Shown here: in pieces, positions 1 through 9,393 of the stretch
How positions within the stretch are numbered: position 1 is the first letter of the stretch
How the letters are laid out: each line of letters opens with the position of its first letter
Source of the DNA: Sinorhizobium meliloti
Lineage (GTDB): Bacteria; Pseudomonadota; Alphaproteobacteria; Rhizobiales; Rhizobiaceae
Reading direction: 5' to 3'
NCBI RefSeq assembly: GCF_017876815.1
Contig: NZ_JAGIOS010000001.1
Span: forward strand, 2,490,001 to 2,522,000
DNA length: 32,000 bases
Made by a program: the position numbers and the translations under genes
The notes under the pieces: generated by a model
What the model was told of the DNA's origin: nothing
Databases searched by the model: none
Seen by the model: only the letters and a program-made list of their open reading frames with translations

Positions 1-470
1 CCGTGCTCCCACCACAGCCACTTGCGTTCGAAATCCGGAATCTCGATCCCGGCATAGTCCTTGATGGCGTCGCGGATCAGCCCGAAGCAATCATGCGTTC
101 CCCACGCCCATTTGCGACCGATCAGCGGCGCCCGCCAGCCAGAGGGCTCGAGGACGGCATGAGAACCAAGTGGCCACGAGACGATCAGCCAGGGCTTGCC
201 GGTCGCCTCGCACATCGCCCTGTCGGCGTCGGATGCGACCGGCGGGCCATAGACGTGACTGTGAACGATGGCGTCGATCCGGTGCTCCTTCGCCAGCGCC
301 ACGTATTCCTTCATGTCCATGACGAAGGTATCGAACTGTGTCGCCCGGTTGGTGACCGGATAGAACCGGTCCTCGGCGATGACGCCGCAGGATTCGAGCG
401 GCTGGCATGCCTCGGCATGGGCGAGAGCGGCGGCAAGAGCGGTGTCGGACGGTTCGAACATGTCGTTCAT
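1..470 (-). CDS. Phage tail tip assembly protein, lambda gpK-like (MPN/JAMM domain then NlpC/P60); the 3' end runs off the window
   Basis: Absent from the ORF track because no stop lies in the window. My translation from the ATG at 470 reads MNDMFEPSDTALAAALAHAEACQPLESCGVIAEDRFYPVTN...AIVHSHVYGPPVASDADR (H-x-H-x7-S-x2-D JAMM pattern)...WAWGTHDCFGLIRDAIKDYAG (NlpC/P60 Cys context). The start overlaps the gpL-like stop as ATGA. Gene order M-L-K matches lambda. Confidence 0.7.
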   Translation of the reverse strand, partial: MNDMFEPSDTALAAALAHAEACQPLESCGVIAEDRFYPVTNRATQFDTFVMDMKEYVALAKEHRIDAIVHSHVYGPPVASDADRAMCEATGKPWLIVSWPLGSHAVLEPSGWRAPLIGRKWAWGTHDCFGLIRDAIKDYAGIEIPDFERKWLWWEH

Positions 471-1162
471 TGCCGCACCAGCAACGACGCCGGAAACGCC
501 GAGGTCCTTAGTACACTCTTGCCGAACCGCGCCTTGCAGGCGTCAAGCGTCTTGCGGCAGCGGTCGAGATTGGGATCGGTGGTCGGATTGCCGTTGATGT
601 CCTCGACCGGTGGTCCGGCATAGGAGCATTCGGCGGATCGATAGGCCCACTGGCAGATACCGGCGATCACCTGTCGACGCGGCAGCATGACGCCATGCAC
701 GTCGAACTTCACCGCCAGTTCGATCTCGACGAAGATCGGGTTCTCGTTGACCTTGCGGGCGACATAGAAGGTTTCGTCCGGGAATGCGGTCGCCGGATTG
801 GCGTAGGGATTGCCATCGGGAAAGTTGGCCGCGTCGAGATATTTGCCGAGCGTCCGCTTGCGGATCACCTTGGCCTTGAGGCCGTCGCCGATAGACCTCA
901 GATAATTGCCAAGCACGCCGCCGATGTTGGCCGCCGTCAAGGTTGGCCGCGGCAATTTCCCGGTCGCAGTGATCTCGAAACCGTCCACCATGATCGGGAT
1001 CGGATTGTAGGTCTGGCCCTGCCAGATCACCGCGCCACTGGTGATGGTCGTGCCCGGATGCCAGCGCAGCACCCCGCCGCCGATGGCGATGGCGTCGAAG
1101 ACGAACATCTCGACCATCTCCATCGCGCCAAGCTGTGTGACATCGGAGCGGACCGTCGTCAT
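467..1162 (-). CDS. Phage minor tail protein L (lambda gpL-like)
   Basis: The internal Met MTTVRSDVTQLGAMEMVEMFVFD of ORF 467..1513 overlaps the upstream stop as ATGA. The C-terminal Cys pattern CQWAYRSAECSY...DRCRKTLDACKARF is typical of gpL. It lies between the M-like and K-like genes. Confidence 0.8.
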   Translation of the reverse strand: MTTVRSDVTQLGAMEMVEMFVFDAIAIGGGVLRWHPGTTITSGAVIWQGQTYNPIPIMVDGFEITATGKLPRPTLTAANIGGVLGNYLRSIGDGLKAKVIRKRTLGKYLDAANFPDGNPYANPATAFPDETFYVARKVNENPIFVEIELAVKFDVHGVMLPRRQVIAGICQWAYRSAECSYAGPPVEDINGNPTTDPNLDRCRKTLDACKARFGKSVLRTSAFPASLLVRQ

Positions 1163-1545
1163 GCGGTCACCCCGAAAGCCTGGACGAATTCCGCCGAGAG
1201 CGTGCCGCGCAATTCGGTGCGGTTGCCGCTGGCGGCGAATTTGGCGCGCAGCCAGTCGACCGTCCATTCGTCGCAATTGACCTGATAGTATTTTCCCGAC
1301 GACGGGTCGTAATAGGAAAACGAATTGCCGCGCTGCGCTTCGAGATAGGCAAGCATGTCGGCAATGACGTCGTCGGTCTTCATCTCGAAACGCAGCTGCC
1401 AACGACGCCGCTGGAAATTGATGCCGTCGAGCGTGCGCTGGGCATAACCGTCGCCGAACTGCGCGACGCGCAGGCGAAAACCGTCCGCCATCTGCGCAGG
1501 AAGCGCCGGACACCAGTCCCTGTCGGTGCCATCGAACGCCATCAC
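1159..1545 (-). CDS. Phage minor tail protein M (lambda gpM-like)
   Basis: 128 aa. The motifs FGDGYAQR and SAEFVQ match lambda gpM (FGDGYSQR...SAEFEQ). It sits immediately downstream of the tape measure gene, with a GTG start at 1545 or an ATG at 1542 overlapping the TMP stop. Confidence 0.75.
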   Translation of the reverse strand: MMAFDGTDRDWCPALPAQMADGFRLRVAQFGDGYAQRTLDGINFQRRRWQLRFEMKTDDVIADMLAYLEAQRGNSFSYYDPSSGKYYQVNCDEWTVDWLRAKFAASGNRTELRGTLSAEFVQAFGVTA

Positions 1546-3731
1546 GCCACCTGCCTCAAGATGCCACCGGGTTTCGATTCCTTGACGAGGATTGCCTGCA
1601 CCGCCTTCTCGATCTGCAGCCCGAGCCGCTTGCGGTCCTCGGTGGTCGCCGTCACCTGTCCGCGCGGCATGTCGATATTGATATCGCCGATGTTGTTGTT
1701 GATCGTTTCGCCACCGGCTGTCGGGCTGATACCGCGTCCGGCGATGTTGGCAAGACCGCCGAGCCCGGTGGCGGCAGTATCGAGGCCGTAGGGGATGGTG
1801 CCACCGCCGCCCGCTGCAGCGTTCAGTCCCGCCGGAGCCGTGGCCGAAGCGCCGGGAAAGAGGCCACTGAACAGCGGTCCCATCACGAACTTCTGCAGCG
1901 CCATCTTGGCCAGATCCGCGAGGATGCCCGCCAGCACGTCACGGAAGTCCTCGCCCGCAATGGCCGCATCCACGAAGCCCATCACGGCATCCTCGGCCCA
2001 TGCCGAGAATTCGCTGTTCATATCGACGGCGGTCTCGGACATCGCCGATAGATTGTCATTCGCCGCCGTCGCCGAACTCACCAGTTCGTCGGTGCCCGCC
2101 GAGGCGGTTTTCATCGAGGTGGTGATCGTCTTGCTGGCCGCTTGCGTCGCCGCCGCCGCGCTCTCCACCTGCTTTTCATATTCCTTCCAGCGGAACAGGA
2201 TCTGGTCCATCTGCGCCGTCAGACCGGTGCCGATATTGCTGTTGGCGGCGCGTGGCGCGGCGCGACCGGAAAGGCCGGAGTAGGGGTTCTGATATAAAGC
2301 GCCTGCGGCCCGCAGACCGATGCCTCCGCCTGCGAACGGCATCGGCACCGATTGCCGCTGCGGTTGTGGCACCATGCCGCCGATGGCAGCGCCAGACCCT
2401 GCAGCGCGGATCGCCCGCATCCTTTCTTCGAACCAGTCGGCAAACGCCAAAAGCGCCGATTTGACCTTGGCTATCCCGGCGTTGACCGCGCCGACCGCCG
2501 CGTCCCACACGGCGTTCCAGCCGGTGATTGCCGCCTGGACGAGTTGATCGAACATTGCCTTGAACGCGGCGAGCACTTCGGTGGCAGCTTTGCTGATCAG
2601 CTGCGGCAGGTTGCGCACGACCTCCGCCGCCGCATTGACGTGGTTGGCCATCGCGCTGACCATCGCCGGCAGAGCGTTCGTTGCCTCCTGAAAGGCCTGA
2701 CCGATGCCGGTCAGTTCCAGCCACGCGTTCCAGAGATTACCGGCAGCGGTCGTCAGCTTTTCCCACGACGCGGCCATGGTTGAATTCCATTTATCGGTGG
2801 CCGCCGCCTGCTTCTGGTACTTGCTGATCTCTTCGGTAAGCTTGCCGACATCGATCGTCGCGCCATCGAGGGCGGTATGGATCTGCGCCAGCGTTTCGAC
2901 CGAGGCACTCGGAAACAGCTTTTCCAGCACCGCCTTCTGCTGCAACGCATCGAGTTGCTTGTAGGAGCCTTGTATAGAGGAGAGGAAGTTCGCCACCGAT
3001 TGCGCATTGGCCGGGTCGAGCGCCGCCAGGTCACCGCCGAGCGTCTTGACGATGGCGGCGAGCTGGCGGGCCGGTTCGCCGCCTTCGCGGAGGGTGACGT
3101 TCAGTTCGCCCATCGCCTGGGCCATGTCGGTTGCGGCTTCCTCGGACAGGCCCAACGCCTTGCCGAGACCCTCGAAGGCACGCAGCTGGCTGACTTCGAG
3201 ACCAGCGGAAAAGGCATCGCGAATAGCCTTGGCGCTCGCTGCCGCCGCGCCGGAAATCTTGTCGAACAGCTTCTGGAACTGCTGATAGATGGTATAGCCG
3301 AGCGCGATGATCGCACCGATGGCGGTCAGTTTCAGGCCGGTCATGATTGCCGTGCCCAATAGCCGTCCGGCGGCGAGACCGGCTCGCGCCAGACCGGTGA
3401 AGGCCTGCGAAAACCCGCTGGCGAGCGTGCGGCCCATGGTCGACATCACCCGACCGAGCCGCTGCATCCGCGTCTCGACTATTGCGGTCGAACGCGAGGC
3501 GACGAGTGCCGCGTCGCCGATGGCCTCTATGCCTTTCGCGTCGGCGGGCGTCGGCAGCGCCGCCTTGACGCCTGCGAGCGAATCGCCCCACAGCGACGCC
3601 TGCTTGGCCGCGACGCTGGTGGTGTCCTCCGCCGCCTTGCCGACTGCCTCGATGTCCTTTTCGAGATCCTTGATGCCCTTTTGCGCGTCGGATGTGTCGG
3701 CGACGACATTGATTTCAAGCTTGTTCGCCAT
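1542..3731 (-). CDS. Tail tape measure protein
   Basis: 729 aa, Ala/Gly/Leu-rich with long predicted helical stretches and a hydrophobic segment (GLAAGRLLGTAIMTGLKLTAIGAIIALGY). Its position after the chaperone genes and before M/L/K fits a tape measure. Confidence 0.85.
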   Translation of the reverse strand: MANKLEINVVADTSDAQKGIKDLEKDIEAVGKAAEDTTSVAAKQASLWGDSLAGVKAALPTPADAKGIEAIGDAALVASRSTAIVETRMQRLGRVMSTMGRTLASGFSQAFTGLARAGLAAGRLLGTAIMTGLKLTAIGAIIALGYTIYQQFQKLFDKISGAAAASAKAIRDAFSAGLEVSQLRAFEGLGKALGLSEEAATDMAQAMGELNVTLREGGEPARQLAAIVKTLGGDLAALDPANAQSVANFLSSIQGSYKQLDALQQKAVLEKLFPSASVETLAQIHTALDGATIDVGKLTEEISKYQKQAAATDKWNSTMAASWEKLTTAAGNLWNAWLELTGIGQAFQEATNALPAMVSAMANHVNAAAEVVRNLPQLISKAATEVLAAFKAMFDQLVQAAITGWNAVWDAAVGAVNAGIAKVKSALLAFADWFEERMRAIRAAGSGAAIGGMVPQPQRQSVPMPFAGGGIGLRAAGALYQNPYSGLSGRAAPRAANSNIGTGLTAQMDQILFRWKEYEKQVESAAAATQAASKTITTSMKTASAGTDELVSSATAANDNLSAMSETAVDMNSEFSAWAEDAVMGFVDAAIAGEDFRDVLAGILADLAKMALQKFVMGPLFSGLFPGASATAPAGLNAAAGGGGTIPYGLDTAATGLGGLANIAGRGISPTAGGETINNNIGDINIDMPRGQVTATTEDRKRLGLQIEKAVQAILVKESKPGGILRQVA

Positions 3732-3740
3732 CGCCGGTCC

Positions 3741-4187
3741 TCACTTCAGCATGCGGCCCACGGCCTCGGAGAGCCGCTTCTGCGCGGCCTTGAGGGCGTC
3801 GGCCTGCTTTTCGGAAAGCGCCCGCATGAAAAACGGCACCGGCGGCATGAAGCGCGAGCCGAATTCGACGATAAGGGCGTACCAGGCACCGCCAGCCTTT
3901 GCGGCGTCGAAGGCGATCTTGGCCGAGACGATCGAGCCCTTGTTGGCCTCGACGAATGCGTAGATGCCCTGCGGGATCTGGCCCTTGCGGTCATAGATCC
4001 GGCCCGACGGCATGCGGTGCGGCCCCTTGGCCGAATAACCGACCTCGACGGCGTTCTGCACCGCGTCGTCGCGAATGATGTTGGCAGCCTCGGCCACGAC
4101 GCCACGCATCTCCTTCTCGGCGAGATATTTCGTGTCCCGTTCCAGTGCTGCGACGATCTCGTCGGCATTGACCTTGATTTTCAGCAT
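3741..4187 (-). CDS. HK97 gp10-family phage protein
   Basis: 148 aa. The C-terminal signature WYALIVEFGSRFMPPVPFFMRAL resembles the HK97 gp10 family (YA..vEfG....a.PF). Its ATG overlaps the stop of the T-like frame as TGATG. Confidence 0.55.
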   Translation of the reverse strand: MLKIKVNADEIVAALERDTKYLAEKEMRGVVAEAANIIRDDAVQNAVEVGYSAKGPHRMPSGRIYDRKGQIPQGIYAFVEANKGSIVSAKIAFDAAKAGGAWYALIVEFGSRFMPPVPFFMRALSEKQADALKAAQKRLSEAVGRMLK

Positions 4188-4457
4188 CAGTGCCTCGTTG
4201 CGATTTTCGCGCCGAAGATGGCGGCGATTTCCTCCTTGCTGGCGCTGCCGAGATCGACGGCCTCGGATTGATCCTCGTCGATTGCGGCCTTGCCTTTCCT
4301 GCGGCGCTCCTCGTCGGCTGCCGCCTCGAAATAGGCGCTCCAGCCTCTAAGCTCGTGCCACGTCATGTTCTGCGTCAGCTGCTCGACCGTCATGCCGAGC
4401 TTCAGCGCCAGCCCGTACACCGCCATCGTCAGCGGTGACGGCCTTTCCTTTTTTTTT
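4187..4457 (-). CDS. Frameshift extension of the tail assembly chaperone (gpT-like part of a G-T fusion)
   Basis: The frame holding ORF 4187..4426 (..MAVYGLALKLGMTVEQLTQNMTWHELRGWSAYFEAAADEERRRKG..) is open all the way back through the A9 run. It is +1 relative to the gpG frame, since (4799-4426) mod 3 = 1. Confidence 0.5.
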
Positions 4458-4799
4458 CGATTTCGGCTGGCCTGCTTCGTCGCTATCGATACCGATCAGC
4501 CGGTTCATCGCAGGCTGCGTCTGCATCGCCAGCGCATAGACGATCGACGAATCGAGCGCCTGCATCTTCGGCCAGGTGACGCGCTCGCCATCGATCCAGA
4601 GGAAGCTCGCCAGCAGCCGCAGTCCGTATTCCTGCCCGGAGAGATCGCCCTTCTCCTGAGCGAGATTGAGAACCATCGTTTCGCCCAGCGGCGGGTCGCG
4701 CAGCTCGGCCTCGAAGGCGATCACATCGCCAGTGGTGGTTTCGATCCTGACCGGCACCACGACCGAGCGCCGCGCCATGAGTTTGTCGAGCGTTCCCAT
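4347..4799 (-). CDS. Tail assembly chaperone (gpG-like)
   Basis: 150 aa, located between the major tail protein and the tape measure. It contains the A9 slippery run 30 codons before its own stop. Confidence 0.65.
   Translation of the reverse strand: MGTLDKLMARRSVVVPVRIETTTGDVIAFEAELRDPPLGETMVLNLAQEKGDLSGQEYGLRLLASFLWIDGERVTWPKMQALDSSIVYALAMQTQPAMNRLIGIDSDEAGQPKSKKKGKAVTADDGGVRAGAEARHDGRAADAEHDVARA
4449..4457 (-). promoter_or_regulatory. Candidate recoding or slippage site: A9 run (AAA AAA AAA G in the gpG frame)
   Basis: T9 on the plus strand at 4449..4457. The minus strand reads tcg aaa aaa aaa gga aag in frame 0. Confidence 0.5.
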
Positions 4800-4808
4800 G
4801 GCAAGACC

Positions 4809-5468
4809 TCAATCGGTGATGAACAGGGGAACTTCGTTGACGACGGCCTCGCCGGAGAACGAGACGGCCTCGTTGGTCTCCATCGTCATGGTGTAACCGG
4901 AGATCGTCACCGGCAGGACGATCTCGCCGCGGTCGCCGGGAAGCACGATTTCCATCACCCGGCGCTGGCCGTCGAACACGGCGTTGCGCCATTCGGTCTG
5001 CGCCGCGACGTCGAAATCGGTAAAGCCCTCGATCGAGATGTTGCCCGGTTGCGGTGTGCCAGCGAGCGATTCCGAGCCGCAGAAGGTGGTGACGTCGATG
5101 GCATCGGCTGCCTCGACTTCCCATTCCCACGACGCCAGACAGAAGCGCAAAAGGTCGGCGGCGGCGATCGGCGTCGCCTTGCCAGCGGTGACCGGCGTCG
5201 TGTTGCCGGAAAGATCCGAGCCTTCGAGGGTGAAGCTATTGGTCGGCGTGCCGACGGCGGCAATCGGAAAGGTCTTGCCTTCGAGCGCCGAACCGGTGCC
5301 GGACATGGTGACCAACTGGCCGTCGGCGAAATTCGCGATGTCGGTCGATGAAACCGTAACGACGGCGGGTTTGGCATTGGTGACGCCGGTCACGGCGTAG
5401 CCGGCGGGAGCGGGGGAAGCGATCTTCTGCAGGTACACTTCGGTTCCCTGAGCGGTGAATTTCGTCAT
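4809..5468 (-). CDS. Major tail (tube) protein
   Basis: The internal Met MTKFTAQGTEVYLQK of ORF 4809..5657 is preceded by AAGGGA. The product is 219 aa, Thr/Gly/Val-rich and beta-type, and sits directly upstream of the chaperone pair. Confidence 0.7.
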   Translation of the reverse strand: MTKFTAQGTEVYLQKIASPAPAGYAVTGVTNAKPAVVTVSSTDIANFADGQLVTMSGTGSALEGKTFPIAAVGTPTNSFTLEGSDLSGNTTPVTAGKATPIAAADLLRFCLASWEWEVEAADAIDVTTFCGSESLAGTPQPGNISIEGFTDFDVAAQTEWRNAVFDGQRRVMEIVLPGDRGEIVLPVTISGYTMTMETNEAVSFSGEAVVNEVPLFITD

Positions 5469-5667
5469 GGGACGGTCCCTTTCGCGAAAGAGGAGCACCC
5501 TGAAAAATATTCCTATTCCGGATGCGAATTTGACTGTGAAAAATTTACGGTTTCGACGCCTCGCGGCAGCGATACGAGGCATGCGCGTATGAGATCGGGC
5601 GGCGGTCCATCGACGCGTTTCGTCTGGGAATGTGAGGCGGATGCGATAGCGCACCATCCTTACAGAC

Positions 5668-5702
5668 CCTCACAAATCCAGCATGTTGTGTGTGTTGTGA
5701 GG
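5668..5702. promoter_or_regulatory. Inverted repeat in the divergent intergenic region between the tail tube gene and the OLD-nuclease gene
   Basis: CCTCACAA (5668..5675) pairs with TTGTGAGG (5695..5702). The 19-nt spacer is TG-rich. Confidence 0.25.
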
Positions 5703-5762
5703 TCGCGATAGACATACAACCATTTGGTACGAATCGAACTGCGATCATCCATAAGGCGAAGA

Positions 5763-7556
5763 ATGAAAATTTACTCAGTAGAGGTCGAGAATTTCAGGGG
5801 CATTCGGTTCGCAAAAGTGGTCTTGCCTGACCATGCGGTCCTGATCGGAGACAACAATACCGGCAAGTCTTCCTTGCTTGAGGCCATTGATCTCGTGTTG
5901 GGTCCCGACAGGCTGAGTCGACGCCCACCCGTCGATGAACATGATTTCTATGAAGGCAAATATCGTGCGATTGCTGTGGAGGAAGGCGGCGACGGAGCCG
6001 GGCCTCCCGTGGCACCAAAGATCAATGTTGAGGTGACGATAACAAATCTCTCGGATGAGCAGCAGGCGCGCTTCGGCGACCATATCGAATGGCTGAACAC
6101 CAGCAGTGGAGCACTATATGACGCACCCGACCCTGCGGGCGTTGATGCCGCCGACGTTACTGCCGCTCTCCGATTCACGTTTGTCGGCGAATACAAATCC
6201 GACGAGGACGACTTCGACGGTGCGACCTATTTCAGCCGCAGCCTTGACGACGACACCCCAACATCCTTCTCAAAAAAGGACAAACAGCACTGCGGATTCC
6301 TGTTCCTGCGGTCGCTGCGAACAGGGTCACGAGCGCTTAGCCTAGAGCATGGGAGTCTTCTCGACATCATCTTGCGTCTAAAGGAGATTCGCCCACAGAT
6401 GTGGGAAGACACGATCTCGGCACTCGCCAGTTTCGACGTTGCAAGCGATCCGACGCTGGGCATCTCGGGAGTGCTTGAGAGTATCAACAATTCGCTGAAG
6501 AAGTATGTCCCCCGAGAATGGGGTGTGAAGCCGCACCTCAAGGTTTCGAGCCTAACCCGCGAGCATTTGCGCAAGGTTGTGACGGCATTTATTGCGACGG
6601 GCAACGGCGACCATGCCGCACCGTTCTTTCGCCAAGGGACGGGCACGATCAACATGCTGGTTCTGGCGATGCTATCCCAAATCGCAGAGGATAAGCAGAA
6701 CGTGATATTTGCTATGGAGGAGGCAGAGACGGCGATTCCTCCCTACGCGCAGAAGCGCATCGTCCATGAACTGCGCAAGCTCTCCGCGCAGTCGATCTTC
6801 ACCTCACATTCGCCCTATGTTCTGGAAGAATTCAGCCTCGACGAAACCGTCATTCTGTCTCGTTCTGACGATGGGGTCCTGGGTCAGTCTAGGATCACAC
6901 TTCCGGATAGCGTGAAGCACAAGCGCTATAGACAAGAATTTCGGACGCGTTTCTGCGAGGGCCTGCTTTCACGTCGTGTACTTATCGCCGAGGGAGCCAC
7001 CGAGGCGACATCCTTCCCCGTCGCTGCGCGGAGATTGGCGGAGTTGAACCCGGCGACTTACGCGCCCATCGAAGCGCTGGGTGTCTGCGTGATCGACGCT
7101 GGCACGGAAAGCCAAATCGCGGATCTCGCTGGTCTCTATAGAAGTCTTGGCAAGCGCACGTTCGCCATTTGTGACAAGCAAACGGAAGAGGCCAAGGCTG
7201 CCATCGAGGCTCAAGTCGAGCATCTTTTCATGCACGAGGAGAAAGGTATTGAAGACCTAGTCCTGAACAACACCACTGCCGAGGCGCTAGAACGGTTCGC
7301 GGATGCACTTCCATGGCCGCCTCATCTGCTTGCGAAATTTCCCAATCCGAAGGCGGAGGCCGCTGCCGCCTTGAAGGAGTACTTCATCAAATCGAAGGGT
7401 AATTGGGGCATCGCCGAATTCCTTGCTCAATGCAGCGAGGACGAGATACCGGAATGGCTACGCGATGCCTGCCTCACGCTGAAGAATTTGTGCGATCCTC
7501 CTCCGCCGCCACCCGACGATGACGAGGAAGACCAGTTTGCTGATGTCTTCGGTTAG
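5763..7556 (+). CDS. gajA: OLD-family ATP-dependent endonuclease (ABC-type ATPase plus C-terminal Toprim), GajA-like
   Basis: MKIYSVEVENFRGIRFAKVVLPDHAVLIGDNNTGKSSLLEAIDL is the N-terminal fold with Walker A. FAMEEAETAIPP is a Walker B/D-loop-like segment. VLIAEGATEATSFP...VCVIDAGTES...FAICDKQ is Toprim-like. The ATG at 5763 is preferred over the TTG at 5724. The gene is followed 13 nt later by a UvrD-like helicase gene. Confidence 0.8.
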   Translation: MKIYSVEVENFRGIRFAKVVLPDHAVLIGDNNTGKSSLLEAIDLVLGPDRLSRRPPVDEHDFYEGKYRAIAVEEGGDGAGPPVAPKINVEVTITNLSDEQQARFGDHIEWLNTSSGALYDAPDPAGVDAADVTAALRFTFVGEYKSDEDDFDGATYFSRSLDDDTPTSFSKKDKQHCGFLFLRSLRTGSRALSLEHGSLLDIILRLKEIRPQMWEDTISALASFDVASDPTLGISGVLESINNSLKKYVPREWGVKPHLKVSSLTREHLRKVVTAFIATGNGDHAAPFFRQGTGTINMLVLAMLSQIAEDKQNVIFAMEEAETAIPPYAQKRIVHELRKLSAQSIFTSHSPYVLEEFSLDETVILSRSDDGVLGQSRITLPDSVKHKRYRQEFRTRFCEGLLSRRVLIAEGATEATSFPVAARRLAELNPATYAPIEALGVCVIDAGTESQIADLAGLYRSLGKRTFAICDKQTEEAKAAIEAQVEHLFMHEEKGIEDLVLNNTTAEALERFADALPWPPHLLAKFPNPKAEAAAALKEYFIKSKGNWGIAEFLAQCSEDEIPEWLRDACLTLKNLCDPPPPPPDDDEEDQFADVFG

Positions 7557-7569
7557 GGCTTAGGTCGCG

Positions 7570-9393
7570 ATGGTTGACCTCACCGAAGCGCAAAAGGAAG
7601 TAATCCGCACGGACGGTTATCAGCTCGTTACCGGAGGACCGGGGTCCGGGAAAACGACAGTCTCAATCCTAAAAGCTGCCAAAATCGCGCGCGAGGCGCT
7701 ACGTCCCGGACAGCGCGTTCTCTTTCTGAGCTTTGCACGCGCAACAGTCTCGCGTGTGCTGGAGGCCATCGACGAAGAAAACGAAATCTCAAGGGAAGAG
7801 AAGCAGAGCATCGAAGTCGATACTTATCACGCTTTCTTCTGGCGCATCCTGAAGACCCACGGTTATCTCGTCGGCCTTCCTCGGCGCATGACGATTCTGA
7901 CGCCGCCAAACGAGGCGATTGCTTTGTCCTCAGTGCGTAACGGCTACAAGGCGCAGTCAAGACTCTCGCCCGAGGAGAAGGTGGAGAAGAAATCACGCGA
8001 AGAAGCTGAGCGTATGCGGCTTGCGACGGAAGGCAAGATCTGTTTCGACCTGTTCGCAGATCGGGTGGCAACCCTGCTGCATGGATCACAGAAGGTGCGG
8101 GCGCTGATCTCCACAATGTATCCGTTTATCATTCTGGATGAATTTCAGGACACGAGCCGCGACCAATGGCGGGTCGTGCATGCTCTCGGGATGGAAAGCA
8201 CGCTCATCGCCCTTGCTGACCCTGAGCAGCGCATTTTCGATTTTATCGGCGCTGATCCGGCGCGACTGGACCATTTCAAGGCAGCCTTCAATCCGTCTAT
8301 TCACGATCTCGCTGGCGATAACCACCGCAGCAAAGATACCGAAATCGTGTTGTTCGGAAACGACATCTTAGCTGGAAGATTTCGCCAAGGCGACTACCAA
8401 GGAGTCGAATGCGAGGGATTCGAATCGAACAACAACCAGGCGTTCGCGACTTTGGTGACACAGGTGCTCCAAGCGCGTAGACGCTTGATTGATAGCGGCA
8501 AGCGCAACTGGTCACTGGCGATACTTGTCCCAACCAAACGCATGACGCGCCTAGTTTCTGATGTGTTGCGCGAGCCTTTTGGCAACTTGCCAGCAATCAG
8601 TCATACAGCTTCCGTTGACATGGAAGGGCCGATCCTCGCGGCGGACATTCTCGCTTTTCTGCTGCAAAAAAGGCTCGACCCCGGCAGCTTTGACGAACTC
8701 GTGCGGCTCTTGTGCAGCTATTTCCACGGACGCGGTGGTAACGCGCCAACAAAAACGGACATGGGCGAAGCAGCTCGCCTTCAAGGGGCATTGGTAAAGT
8801 GGAATGAACGTCTGACCAAGGGAAGGTCGGCGCCTGGAAATAGTGTGTTGAACGCGACTGCTTTGGTCTACGAAGCGGCAATGGCGGAAATTCTAACGGG
8901 CGATCCGGATAAGGACTGGCGAGCGCTGCGTGCGGTGCTGGAGAGCGGCGCATGTTCCCGCTTCCAAGAGGTCGCCAAAGAGGTGCGGAATGTGCGCTTG
9001 CTTGAGCGTGGAACGCAACTTCGACAGGGGCTCGCTCAGGACTGGCGAGACTTTGGGAGCTATCGCAACGCCTTGGCGATAACCCGGCAGTCATTTATGC
9101 AAGAGCACTTTGCCACGGCACACAAGCCCGAATCCGGAGTGGTCGTGATGAATATGCACAAGGCGAAGGGAAAGCAATTCGACGAAGTAATAATCTTCGA
9201 GGGCTGGCCGAGGCGCGTCAAGCGTAAGATCGTTGCCAATCCAGATCGCATCATCACCTCGAACGTGCGCAATGGCGCGATGACCCAAGCACGTCAGAAT
9301 TTTCGGGTTAGCGTGACGCGCGCCAAGCAACGGACTACTATACTCACCCCGCAAGATGACATCTGTGTGCTGCTCATAGCGGACGAAGATTGA
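7570..9393 (+). CDS. gajB: UvrD/PcrA/Rep-like SF1 helicase, GajB-like
   Basis: LVTGGPGSGKTT is motif I, FIILDEFQDTS is motif II, VMNMHKAKGKQFDEVIIFEG is motif V-like and FRVSVTRAKQRTTIL is motif VI. Confidence 0.8.
   Translation: MVDLTEAQKEVIRTDGYQLVTGGPGSGKTTVSILKAAKIAREALRPGQRVLFLSFARATVSRVLEAIDEENEISREEKQSIEVDTYHAFFWRILKTHGYLVGLPRRMTILTPPNEAIALSSVRNGYKAQSRLSPEEKVEKKSREEAERMRLATEGKICFDLFADRVATLLHGSQKVRALISTMYPFIILDEFQDTSRDQWRVVHALGMESTLIALADPEQRIFDFIGADPARLDHFKAAFNPSIHDLAGDNHRSKDTEIVLFGNDILAGRFRQGDYQGVECEGFESNNNQAFATLVTQVLQARRRLIDSGKRNWSLAILVPTKRMTRLVSDVLREPFGNLPAISHTASVDMEGPILAADILAFLLQKRLDPGSFDELVRLLCSYFHGRGGNAPTKTDMGEAARLQGALVKWNERLTKGRSAPGNSVLNATALVYEAAMAEILTGDPDKDWRALRAVLESGACSRFQEVAKEVRNVRLLERGTQLRQGLAQDWRDFGSYRNALAITRQSFMQEHFATAHKPESGVVVMNMHKAKGKQFDEVIIFEGWPRRVKRKIVANPDRIITSNVRNGAMTQARQNFRVSVTRAKQRTTILTPQDDICVLLIADED

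Noticed and set aside
3-623. 206-aa plus-strand ORF and many other long Arg/Ala/Pro-rich ORFs, for example 91..408, 695..1285, 1795..2283, 2176..2724, 3031..3591, 4365..5351, 15825..16877, 17064..17999, 29281..29889 and 29775..30707
   Set aside because: They are shadow frames of high-GC coding DNA. They overlap genes with clear phage homology on the other strand or frame, their composition is Arg/Pro/Gly-biased, and they have no recognisable motifs.
4449-4458. A conventional -1 frameshift at the A-run
   Set aside because: The -1 frame terminates after 9 codons (gaa aaa aaa agg aaa ggc cgt cac cgc tga). Only the +1 frame is open into the gpT-like ORF.
5724-5762. The longer N-terminus (MVRIELRSSIRRR) of the OLD-family gene, and similarly extended track starts at 22603, 24036, 31057, 5657, 10643, 11167, 11646 and 14572
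   Set aside because: The 5724, 22603 and 24036 starts I checked are TTG or GTG codons, and most of these extensions (10643, 11167, 11646, 14572, 31057) run back into the upstream gene. Internal ATGs with an RBS or an ATGA overlap give N-termini that match the family.
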